Shown here: in pieces, positions 10,650-21,469 of the stretch
Position numbering within the stretch: position 1 is the first letter of the stretch
Layout: each line of letters begins with the position of its first letter
From: Chiloscyllium plagiosum
Taxonomy: Eukaryota
DNA: 23,566 nucleotides
Assembly (NCBI RefSeq): GCF_004010195.1
Contig: NC_057750.1
Location: 17,924,209-17,947,774, forward strand
Reading direction: 5' to 3'
Made by a program: the position numbers and the translations under genes
The notes under the pieces: generated by a model
Told to the model about the DNA's origin: nothing
Databases searched by the model: none
Seen by the model: the letters and a program-made list of their open reading frames with translations, nothing else

Positions 10650-12303
10650 GTGTTGCTTGCTGGAAGAAGTCCGGCTCTGAATTGATGAGATGGGCTTCAA
10701 ACACTGTGGCACATCTGGGAGGAGGAGAGTTCCCTGGAAGCTTTGTTTCAGGATACAGTCGCATCTGGTAGATTAATTATTTCAAATTTGGTAAGTAGGG
10801 TGTCACTGCAAGTGAGGCAGGTCGAGGGATTCTGCATTCAGGAACAGAGGAGCCTCAGCTCTTGACCTTGTCCAACAGGTACGAGGTATTTGCTCCCTGT
10901 GTGAATGAGGAAAAGGGCTGCAGGGAGAATGAATCAATTGACCACTGCACCATGGGACGGGAGGCCATTTAAGAAGCAGGAGCAAAAAGACAAGTGGTAG
11001 TTGTAAGGGATTCTATAATTAGGGGGATAGATAGTATCCTTTGTAAGCAGGATCGAGAGTCCTGCATGGTGTGTCGCTTGCCCGCTGCCAGGGTAAGGAA
11101 TGTCTCTGACCAGCTTGAAAAAAGATTGGAGAGGGAGGGGGAGGATCCAGTTGTTGTAGTCCATGCCAGAACAAACAATATCGGCAAAACTAGGAAAGAG
11201 GACTTGTTCAGGGATTATCAGGAGCTAGGAACAAAATTAATGAACAGGTCCTGAAGGGTTATAATCTCCGGATTGCTGCCTAAACCATGTGCAAATTGGC
11301 ATAGGGACACGAGAATAAGGGAAGTAAACACATGGCCAGAAGAGTGATGTGGGAAACAGGGGTTCCTTTTCATGGGGCACTGACATCAGAATTCGAACAA
11401 GAGGGATCTGTACTGCTGGGGCGGTCTCCACCTGAACCGAGCTGAGACCAATGTTCCAGCGAGAAAAATAAATGGGCTGGTCAAGAGGACTTTAAACTAG
11501 GAAGTGCGGGGGAGGAAAGGGGTAAAACATCCCCCAGTGGGAAACAAAGCAGCAGGTTAACATCTGTAGGGCTGGATTCAAATGCATGGTAAAATATGAA
11601 AGAAATGACAGGGAAAGAGAACTTAGGAGAGGTTATTAAAGTCTCTAGCATTGACACAAATAGGACAGGGTGTTTGGAAGGGGTTCACAATCAAACTTCA
11701 AGCACACTGGACAAACAAATGACAATGAGAAGAGGGCCTGTTAATACAGGTCTGATGGTATTATATCTGAATGTACACAGTATAAGGAATAAAGTAAATG
11801 AGCTTGTGGCACAGATCGAAATTGGCAGGATTGACATGGTGGGCATCATAGAGATGTGGCTGCAAGGCGATCAGAATTGAGAGCTGAATATCCAAGGGTT
11901 AACATTTTATCAAAAAGATAGACAGGTGGGCTGAGGGGTTGGGGTGATCTTATTAGTAAGAAATTGAATTAAATCAATAGTAAGCAATAAAGTAGGGTCA
12001 GATGATGTAGAATTTGTGTGGGAAGAATTGAGGAACCGAAATGGTAAAAGAAATCTACAGTAGGAGTTATGCACAGGCCTCCAAACAGTAGTCAGGAACT
12101 GGGCGCAAGAGACGCTAGGAGATAGAAAAGGAGCATAAGAAAGGCAAAGTTACAGTAATCATGGGGGATTTCAATATGCAGGTGGATTGAGGACATCAGG
12201 TTGGTAGGGATTGTAAGAAAAGGAATTTGTGGAATGTGTATGAGATGGCTTTTTGAAGCAGCTTGTGGTGGAGCTCATGAGGGGACAGGCAATACTAGAT
12301 TTA
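10650..12303 (+). mobile_element. CR1-type LINE 5' part: ORF1 (SGNH esterase-like) and ORF2 APE start, decayed
   Basis: VVVRDSIIRGID (GDS block), DPVVVVHARTNNIGK (GTND block), GLHLNR near 11425, ORF2 LYLNVHSIRNKVNEL..GIIEMWL (11596-11880), MGDFN at 12161. The 5' boundary is approximate. Confidence 0.88.
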
Positions 12304-12455
12304 AAACACAGAACAGGCCCTTCAGCCCTCAATGTTGTGCTGAGCTTTTATCCTTCTCTAAGATCTGACTAACCGACATATCCTTCATTGTACTGTCTTC
12401 CGTGCGCCTAACCAAGAGTTGCTTAAATGTCCCTCATATATCTGACTCTGCACCC
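12304..12455 (-). mobile_element. CR1-type 3' end fragment
   Basis: cacagaacaggcccttcagccctc..ttaaatgtccc; similar to 8870-8990. Confidence 0.65.
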
Positions 12456-12459
12456 TCTC

Positions 12460-12780
12460 TAAAGCTTCCCTCTCGCCCCCACAAAACCGCCTATCTGTGC
12501 CCCGAACTATCGAGTCCCCAATAACTATTGCTCTGCTCTTCTCCACCCTTCCCTTCTGAGCAACGGGGACAGGCTCTGTGCCAGAGGCCTGAACCCCATT
12601 GCTTACCCCTGGTAAGTCATCCTCCCCACAAGTATCCAAAATGGTATACTTGTTCTTGAGGGGAGCGGCCGCAGGGGGTCCCTGCACTGGCTGCTTCCTC
12701 CCAGTCCCCCTCACTGTCACCCATCTGTCTGCAATCTTTGGAGTTACTACTTCCCTGAAGCTCCGATCTATGACCAATAG
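12460..12780 (-). mobile_element. CR1-type ORF1 fragment (esterase N-part)
   Basis: WVTVR..PLKNKYTIL..RAIVIGDSIVRGTDRRFCG in ORF 12385-12795. Confidence 0.85.
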
Positions 12781-14638
12781 ATGCCTCCGTGCCAATTTTT
12801 AAAAAGAATTTACTTGTGGGATGTGGGTGTTGCTGGATAATCAGAATTTATTGCTTATCCCTAGGTGACCTTGTGAAAGTGGTGGTGAGCTGCCATCTTG
12901 AACTGCTGCAGTCCACCAGCTGTAGGTTGCCCCACAATACCATTAGGGAGGGAATTCCAGGATTTTGGACCAGTGACAGTGAAGGGACAGTGATATATTT
13001 CTAAGTCAGGATGGGGTGTGGCTTGGAGGGGAACTTGAATGTGATGTTCCCACATATCTGCTGCATTGTCCTTCTACATGGAAGGGGTTGGAGGTTTGGA
13101 AGGCACAATCTTTGGTGAATCTCTGCAGTGGATCATAGTCAGTTGCAGTAATGTGCACTATCTGTGGTGAGAGAGTGCATGCTTGTGGATGCATTGCCAA
13201 TCAAGAAGGCTGCTTTTGTTCTGGATGGTGTCAAACTTCTTGAATGTTGTTGCAGTTGTACTCATCCGGCAAGTGGGATGTATTCCATCACACTCCTGAC
13301 ATGGCTCTTGTGGACAGTGGACAGGTTTTGAGGAGTCAGGAGTTGAGTTACTCAGAGTCACAGAGATGTATAGCACGGAAACTGACCCTTCGGTCCAACT
13401 TATCCATTTTGACCAGATATCCTAACCTAATTCACTCCCGTTTGCCAGCACTTGGCCCATATCCCTCCAAACTCTTCCTATTCATAGAATTGGCCAGATG
13501 AGTTTTAAATGTTGTAATAGTACCAAGCCTCCATCACTTCCTCTGGCAGCTCATTCCATACACGGACCATCCTCTGCATGAAAAAGTTGCCCCTTAGGTC
13601 CCTTTTATATCTTTCCCCTTTCAGACTAAACTTATGACCCCTAGTCCTGGACTCCACCACCCAGGGGAAAGATCTTGGCTATTTATCCTATCCATGTCCC
13701 TCATGGTCTTATAAACCTCTATAAAGTTACTCCTCAGCCTCCAATGCTCCAGGGAAAACAGCCCCAGCCTATTCAGCCTCTTCCTATAGCACAAATCCTC
13801 CAACCCTTGCAACATCCTTGTCAATCATTTCTGAACCTTTCAAGTTTCACAACATCCTTCTGATAGGAAGGAGACCAGAATTGCAAGCAATATTACAAAA
13901 GTGCCCTGTACAGCCACAACATGACCTCCGAACTCCTATACTCAATGGTCTGACCAATAAAGGAAAGCATACCAAACGCCTTCTTCACTATCCTATCTAT
14001 CTCTGACTCCACTTTCCAGGAACTATGAACCTGCACTCCAAGGTCCCTTTGTTCAGCAACATTCCCCAGGGCCTTACCTTATGTATATAAGACCTGCCCT
14101 GATTTGTTTTTCCAAAATACAGTACTTCATATTTATCTAAATTAAAATCCAGCTGCCACTCCTCAACCCATTGGCCCATCTGATCAAGATCCCATTGTAA
14201 TCGGAGATAACGTTCTTTGCTGTCCAACTACACCTCCAATTTTGGGGTCATCTGCAAACGTATTAACTATATCTACTATCTTCATATCCAAATAATTTAT
14301 ATAAATGACAAAAAGCTGTGGACTCAGCACTGATCTTTGTGGCACACCACTGGTCACAGGCCTCCAGTTTGAAAAGCAACCCTCCACTACCACCCTCTGT
14401 CTTCTACCTTCGAGGCAAGTCTGTATCCAAATGGCTAGTTCTTCCTGTACTCCAAGAGATCTAACCTTGCTAACCAGTCTACCATGAGGAACCTTGTTGA
14501 ATGCCTTACTGAAGTCCAGACAGATCGTGTCCACTGCTCTGCCCTCGTCAATCCTCTTTGTTACTTCTTCCAAAAACTCAATCAAGTTGGTGAGACTTTT
14601 GATTTCCCATGCACAAAGCCATGTTGACTATCCCTGAC

Positions 14639-15137
14639 CAGAGTCAAGAATGTGGAGCTGGAAAAGCACAGCAGGTCAGGCAGCATCCAAGGAGGAGGAA
14701 AATCAACGTTTCGGGCAAAAGCCCTTCATCAGGAATGAGGCTGTGAGCCTCAGGGGTGGAGAGATACATGGGAGAGAGCTGGGGCGGTAGCAGAGAGTGC
14801 AATAGGTGGATGGAGGTGGGGAAGAAGGTGATAGGCCGGAGGGGAGGGTGGAGCAGATCGGTGGGAAGGAAGATGGACAGTTGGGACAGGTCATGAGGAT
14901 AGTTGGAACTGGGGTAAGGTCGGGGGGAGGGGAAATGAGGAAACTGGTGAAATCCACATTGATGCCATGGGTTGGAGGGTCCTGAGACGTAAGACGAGGC
15001 ATTCTTCCTCCAGGCCACAGGTGGTAAGGGAGTGACGATGGAGGAGGCCCAAGGACCTGCATGTCCTCGGCAGAGTGGGAGGGGAAATTGAAGTTCTGGA
15101 TGTAGGTTTGCTCGCTGAGCTGGAAGGTTCATTTTCA
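14639..15137 (-). mobile_element. Penelope-like element 3' fragment (GIY-YIG C-terminus plus terminal repeat) inside the CR1
   Basis: EDMQVLG..HGINVDFTSF remnants. Strongly homologous to 18740-19210. 15093-15137 is an unrelated ~45-bp piece. Confidence 0.85.
14701..14736 (-). ncRNA. Minimal hammerhead motif in PLE terminus (GUU site)
   Basis: AUUC-CUGAUGA-A-GGGC(UUUU)GCCC-GAAA-C-GUU/GAUU; core intact, stem I weak. Confidence 0.6.
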
Positions 15138-17575
15138 TGAACAGTGGCGCCACGTTAGCCAACCTCCAGTCATCTGGCACCTTTCTGCAGCTATCAATGA
15201 TATAAATATCTCAATAACAGGGCCAGGAATCATTTCCCTAGCTTCCCATAGAGTTCTAGGGTACACCCGATCAGGTCCTCGGGATTTATTCACTTTTGTA
15301 TGTTTCAAAACATCCAACACCTCCTTCTCCATAATATGGACATTTTTCAAGATGTCACCATCTATTTCCACACATTCTGATCTTCCATGTCCTTCTCCAC
15401 AGTAAACACTGATGCAAAATACTTGTTTAGTATCTCCCCCATCTTCTGCTTCTTTGCTGATCTTTGAGGGGCCCTATTCTCTCCCCAGCTACCCTCTTGT
15501 CTTTAATGCATTTATAAAATCCCTTTGGATTCTTCTTAACCCTATCTGCCAAAGCTATCTCATGTCCCCTTTTTGCCCTCCTGATTTCCCTGTTAAGTAT
15601 GCTTCTACAGCCCTTATACTCTAAGGATTCACTCAATCTCTGTTGTCTATACCTGACATATGTTTTCTTCTTTTTCTTAACTAAAACCTCAATTTCTGTA
15701 GCCATCCAGCATTCCCCACACCTACCAGCCTTTCCTTTCATCCTAACAGGAATATACTGTCTTTGGACTCTTGTTATCTCATTTTTGAAGGCTTCCCATT
15801 TTCCAGCCGTCTCTTTACCTTTACCTGCTCCCAGTCAGCTTTTGAAAGTTCTTACCTAATACCATCAAAATTGGCCTTCCTCCAATTTAGAACTTCAATT
15901 TTTAGATCTGGTCTATCCTTTCCCATTACTATTTTAAAACTAATAGAATTATAGTCACTGGCCCCAAAATGCTCCCCCACTAATACCTCAGTCACCTCTC
16001 TAGTCGGTACATCCACATATTGAATCAGAAAATTTTCTTGTACACTCTTAACAAATTCCTCTCCATCTAAACCCTTAACACTACGGCAGTCCCAGTCTAT
16101 GTTTGGAAAGTTAAAATCCCCTACCGTAATCACCGTATTATTCTCATGGATAACTGAGATCTCTGCACAAATTTGTTTCTCAATTTCCCACTGACTATTA
16201 GGGGGTCTACAACACAATCCCAATAAGGTTGATCATTCCTCTCTTATTTCTAGTTCAACCTAAATAACTTCCCTGGATGTATTACTAGGAATATCCTCCT
16301 TCAGTACAGCAGTAATGCTATCCCTTATCAAAAAGGCCACTCCCCACCCCTCCCCCGCACCTCTCTTGCTCCCCTTTCTATCTTTACTATAGCATTTGTA
16401 TCCAGGAACATTAAGCTGCCAGTCCTGTCCATCCCCGAGTCACGTCTCTAAATGCTATGATATCCCAGTCTCATCTTCCAAACCATGCCTGGAGTTCAGC
16501 TGCCTTCCCTGTTAGGCCTCTTGCATTGAAAGAAATGCAGTTTATCAGTCCTACCTTGTTCTCTGCTTTGTTCCTGCCTGCCCTGACTGTTTGACTCGCT
16601 CCTTTTCCCAACTCTACCAGTCTCAGATTGCTCTCCTTCCTCATTACCTCCCAGAGGTCCATACCTCCTCCTTACTAGTTTAAATCCTCATGAGCAGCTC
16701 TAGCAAATCTCCTTGTCAGTATAATTAGTCCCTTCCAATTCAACTGCAATCCATTTTTCTTATAGAGGTCACTTCTACCCCAAAAGAGATTTCAATGATC
16801 CAGAAATGTGACCCCTTCTCCCCTTTACTGGTTCCTCAGCCATGCATTCATCTGCTCTATCCTCCTATTCCTAACATCATTAGCTCGTAGCGCTGAGATT
16901 AATCCAGATCTTACAACTCTTGAGAACCTCCCTTTATAAAATCCTACCTAACTTTCTTTATACTCCCTTCAGAGCCTCACTCGCCACAGTATTCCTAGTC
17001 TCTGACCTGATCTTGTAGTTACTGTGTTTATGTGTTGAGTCCCATTGAGTTTCCAGTCAATGGTGACACCCAGGGTGTTGATAGTGGGGGATTCAGTGAT
17101 ACTAATACCATGAATGCCAAAGGGGTGGTGGTTAGATTGTCTCTTATTTATGATGGTCATAGTCTGGCATTTGTGTGGCATGAAATATACTGGCCACTTG
17201 TCAGCCCAAGTCTGGATATTGTCCAGATCCTATTGCATTTGGACACTGACTGCTTCAGTATCTGAGGAGTTATGAATGATGCTGAACATGGTGTAATCAG
17301 TGAACATCCCCATTTCCGGCATTATGAAGAAGAGAAGGTCATTGATGAAGCAGCTGAAGATATTCTGACATGACTGATTTCCAACAACCATGACCATCTC
17401 CCTGTGTGTCAGGTAACTAACTACTTATAAGTGGTTTGACCCCGACATCCATTGATTCCAGTTCTGCTTGGACTCCTTGATGCCATACTCCGTCAAATGC
17501 AGCCTTGATGTCAAGGCTGTCACCTCCACTTCACTCTGGAATTCAGCTCTTTTGTCCATGTTGGAACCAAGGCTG

Positions 17576-18292
17576 TAATATGAAGATGTGGGTGTACCTT
17601 TAAGAGTTAAAAGCAGCAGAACTACCAGACACAGCCCCAAGTGTTCTCAAAAAGGCAACAATGTATGTAACACTGGGTCAAACAACTCAATTAGCTCGCT
17701 GCCTGGAGACAAAAACAAATTTGAATTCGTCAATCAGTTTAAATATATGCCCAAAAAACACCAACTTCCAATCAAGTTTGAATTGAGTATATTGACAATC
17801 TTAAAAGTTAATGACACAATCCAATGGTCTGGGGTATAAGATGGGGGGGGAAATTGAACATTTGAGAGGAGAACTGTCAAGTCCTAGCATGTAACAGACT
17901 GCTTGGAAAAAAATCTCTCTCAAAAGTACCTTTTTGATCAGTAACCTGTGACGCATAAATTCCTAACAAGGAGAAAGGATGGCACAGGAAGATCAGTAGA
18001 CAAGAACCTATAGCTGCCTGGTTTTGAGATAAGAAGTGGTGTTTTGTAAATCTTAATTGCGAGTTTTATCGGACTAGTAATGTAGAAGGGAAGGTAAAAG
18101 GTAGGTTAGAGAAAGAAATTATAAATAGAGTTTGGCTAATTATTCTCCATTATACTTTAAGAAATAAAGTTGTTAATTTTTACTTTACATAGTTCTTGGC
18201 CACTCTAATATTTACAGATTACTGCACGGGATAAATCTTTTCTGTGTGGCTGATTTTAAATTAAGCAGGAGAGTTTACCCTGTGTCATAACA
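17576..18292 (+). mobile_element. Solo LTR (~717 bp) inserted in the family-B RT region
   Basis: Ends TAATATG...CATAACA (imperfect TGTTATG/CATAACA inverted repeat). Flanked by GCTG, extendable to GCTGTAAT at 17572-17579 and 18293-18300. CCAAT at 17821, TATAA at 17835, AATAAA at 18163. The LINE frame resumes on both sides. Confidence 0.75.
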
Positions 18293-18705
18293 GCTGTAAT
18301 GAGGTCAGGAGCTGAGTGGCCCTGGTGGAACCCAAACTGGGTGGCACCGAGCAGGTTATTGCTGAGTGGATGCTGCTTGATAGCACTGTTGATGACACCT
18401 TCCATTACTTTACTGATGACCGACAGTAGACTGACTGGGCAATAATTGGCCAGGTTGGATTTGTTCTGCTTTTTATGTACAGGGAATACTTGGGCAATTT
18501 TGCACATTGTCATATAGATACCAATGTTGTAACTGTACTGGAAAAGCTTGACTTGGGGAGCAACCTTTGGAAGACAAGTCTTCAGGACTATTGCTGGAAT
18601 GTTGTCAGGGCCCACAGCCTTTGCAGTAGCCAACGTCTCCAACTGTTTCTTGATTTCACATGGAGTGATTCGACTTGGCTGATGACTGGTATTTGTAATG
18701 CTGGG

Positions 18706-19836
18706 TAAAAACGAGGACTGCAGATGCTGGAAACCAGAGTCTGAATTAGAGTGGTGCTGGAAAACTACAGCAGGTCAGGCAGCATCCAAGGAGAAGGAAA
18801 ATTGATGTTTCGGGCAAAAGCCCTTCATTAGGAATAGAGGCAGGAAGCGTGCAGGGTGGAGCGATAAATGAGAGGGGAGGTGGGGAGAAAGTAGCATAGA
18901 GTACAATGGGTGAATGGGGGTGGGGATGAAGGTGATAGGTCAGAGAGGAGGGTGGAGTGGATAGGTGGAAAGAAGATAGGCAGGTAGGACAGGTCATGAG
19001 GGTAGGGCTGAGCTGGAAGGTTGGAACTGGAGTAAGGTGGGGGAGGAGAAATGAGGAAACTGGTGAAGTCCACATTGATGCCCTGGGGTTGAAGTGTTCC
19101 GAGGTGGAAGATGAGGCATTCTTCCTCCAGGCATCGGGTGGTGAGGGAGTGGAGGTGGAGGAGGCCCAGAACCTGCATGTCCTCAGCAGAGTGGGAGGGG
19201 GAGTTGAAATGTTGGGCCACAGAGCGGTGGGGTTGATTGGTGCGGGTGTCCTAGAGATGTTCCCTAAAGCGCTCTGCGAGGAGGCATCCAGTCTCCCCAA
19301 TGTAGAGGAAACCGTATCAGGAGCAACAAACACAATAAATGACATTGGTGGATGTGCAGGTAAAACTTTGATGGATGTGGAAGGCTCCTTTGGGGACTTG
19401 GATGGAGCAGGTATGGTCAGGGGAAAGTGCCAGGAGGGGAGGGTGGGTTGTTGGGGGGTGTGGACCTGACCAGGTGGTCACAGAGGGAACGGTCTTTGCG
19501 GAAAGTGGAAAGGGGTGGGAAGGGAAATATATCCCTGGTGGCAGTTGGAAATGAAATGAAGAGATCGAGGACAGGTAATAGGCCAGCACAGGGTGTCCAG
19601 GTGGATGGAGTGTGTTGGAGGCAGGTGAAGGGGTCCTTGGAAGGTGGGCGGGAGTCCTGATTGTAAAAGTAAGCTCGGAGGCAGAGGCGGCAGAAGAAGC
19701 GTTCGACATCATGGCGTGTATTAAATTCATTGATGCGTGGGCGGAGGGGAATAAAGGTACGGCCTTTGCTGAGGACTGATTGTTCATCCACTTGGAAATG
19801 AAGAGATCGAGGGCGGGTAATAGGCCAGCAGGGGGG
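18706..19836 (-). mobile_element. Penelope-like element, internally deleted (N-terminal region plus GIY-YIG, no RT), 12-bp TSD
   Basis: FTCTSTNVIYCVCC, YIGETGCLLAERFREHL (~19250-19305), QHFNSPSHS..LEEECLIFHLGTLQPQGINVDF, N-terminal LSKGRTFIP..FFCRLCLRAYF. TSD TGTAATGCTGGG (18694-18705) / TGTAATGCGGGG (19837-19848). Confidence 0.88.
18800..18835 (-). ncRNA. Mutated hammerhead motif in PLE terminus (likely inactive)
   Basis: CUAAUGA instead of CUGAUGA; stem II GGGC(UUUU)GCCC and GAAAC retained; ACAU instead of ACGU. Confidence 0.5.
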
Positions 19837-21375
19837 TGTAATGCGGGGGACCACTGGATTAGGCTGAAATGGAGCATTCATTCAGCGCTTCTGGCTGAAG
19901 ATTGCTGCGAAAGCTTCAGCCTCATCTTTTGCACAGATGTGCTGGGTTCTTCCATCATTGAGGATGGGGATATTTGTGGAGCCGCCTCCTCCAGTGAGTT
20001 ACTTAACCATCCTCCACCATTGATGACTAGATGTGGCAGGACTGCAGAGCTTAGATCTGATCCATTGGTTGTTGTATCACTTAGTTCTGTCTATCACTTG
20101 CTGTTTATGCTGTTTGGTGTGCAAGTAGTCACCAGGTTGACATCTCATCTTCAGGTATGCCCTAGTGCTAATCCTGGCATGCCCTCCCACACTCTACGTT
20201 GAACCAGGGTTGATCCCCTGGCTTGATGATAATGGTCGATTGGGGGATATGCTGGACCTTGAGTTTACAGATTGCGATGGAGTACAATTCTGCTGCTGTT
20301 GATGGCCCATAGTGCCTCATGGATATCCAGTCTTGAGCTGCTAGATCTGTTCCCATTTAGCACGGCGATCGTGCCACACAACACGATAGAGGTTATTTTC
20401 AGAGTGAAGATAGGACATTATTTCCACAAGGAATGTGTGGTGGTCACTCTTATTGATAATGTCATGGACAAATGCATCTGCAGCTAGCAAATTGGTAAGG
20501 AGGAGGTCAGGTATGCTTCCCCCCCATTTGTTGGTTTCTTCAACACTTGCCGCAAACCCAGTCTAACAGGTGTATCCTTTAGGACCTGATGAACACGATC
20601 AGTAATGCTGCTGCCAAATCACTCTTGGTGGTGGACACTGAAGTACCCCACTCAGAGAACATTTTGCGCCCTTGCCATCCTCGGTGCTTCCTCCAAGTGT
20701 TGTTCAACATTGGAGTACCACCAATTCATCGGCTGAGGTAGGATGGTACGTGGTATTCAGTAGGAGGTTTCCTTGCCTATGTCTAACCTGAAGCCATGAG
20801 ACTTCATAGGATCCGGAGTCAATGTTGAGGACTCCCAGGTCAACTCCCTCCCAACTGTATACCACCATTTCTGCTGGGTCTGTGCTGCTGGTGAGACAGG
20901 ATATATCCAGAGATGGTGATAGGGGTGTCTGGAACATTGTTAATAATGTATGATTCCATGAATGTGATTGTGTCAGGCTGTTGCTTGACTGGTTTGTGCG
21001 ACAGCTCTCCCAATTTTGGCACTGGCCCCCAGATGTTAGTGAGGATGATTTTGCAGGGCCAACAGAGCTGTCTCTGCCTATGCCGATGCCAGGTGATCCA
21101 TCTGGTTTCATTATTTCGAGACTTTGTAGCGATTGCTACAACTGAATGGCTTGCTAAATCATTTCAGAGGGCAACTGAGAGTCAACAACACTGCTGTGGG
21201 TCTGGAGTCACTTGTAGGCCAGACCAGGTGAGGATGGCAAATTTTCTTCAATGAAGAACATTAGTGAACCAGATGGGCTTTTCAAACAGTTGACAATGAT
21301 TTCATGGTCATCAGAAGATCCTTCATGCCAGATTTTTTTTAAAAACTGAATACAAATTTCACTATCTGCTGTGGG

Positions 21376-21458
21376 GGCATTCAAACTTGGGTCCCCTGGA
21401 CATTATCTGGGTCTCTGGATTAATAGTCTCATGCTGATATCACTAGGCCAATGCCTTC
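21376..21458 (-). promoter_or_regulatory. tRNA-like head with Pol III A/B-box-like motifs at the 5' end of the family-B element
   Basis: A-box-like TGGCCTAGTGA (21450-21440) and B-box-like AGTTTGAATGCC (21387-21376). Confidence 0.55.
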
Positions 21459-21469
21459 TATGAACGGGA

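Larger units (their letters stand above)
13354..16978 (-). mobile_element. CR1-type LINE (ORF1 C-terminus plus most of ORF2, decayed) nested in the family-B LINE
   Basis: INCISFNARGL (16471-16662), CRPPNS..VGDFNFPNIDW (15852-16223), KSRGPDRVYPR, LDFSKAFNKVPH..GVPQRSVL..FADDPK (14184-14585). 3' tail at 13354. ACTC is duplicated at 13350-13353 and 16979-16982. Confidence 0.92.
12796..21458 (-). mobile_element. Near full-length family-B LINE (APE+RT, decayed) in four pieces: 12796-13353, 16979-17575, 18293-18705, 19837-21458
   Basis: The pieces are collinear across the insertions. Motifs: APE TNIWGPVPKLGEL..QPDTITFMES (~21040-20950), PWFN (~20200), KAVGPDNIP and NYCPVSLLSVISKVME..QFGF (18256-18642), DIKAAFDGVWHQG (~17475-17515), SWNSLP (12861-13055). 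Confidence 0.85.

Noticed and set aside
7320..12303. Idea that the 5058-7510 and 10650-12303 CR1 pieces are one inverted element
   Set aside because: They overlap by ~140 bp of homologous sequence with many differences, so they are separate copies.
18746..19881. Several overlapping 130-199 aa ORFs as novel genes
   Set aside because: Alternative frames of the C-rich PLE remnant; the true frame has stops and frameshifts.
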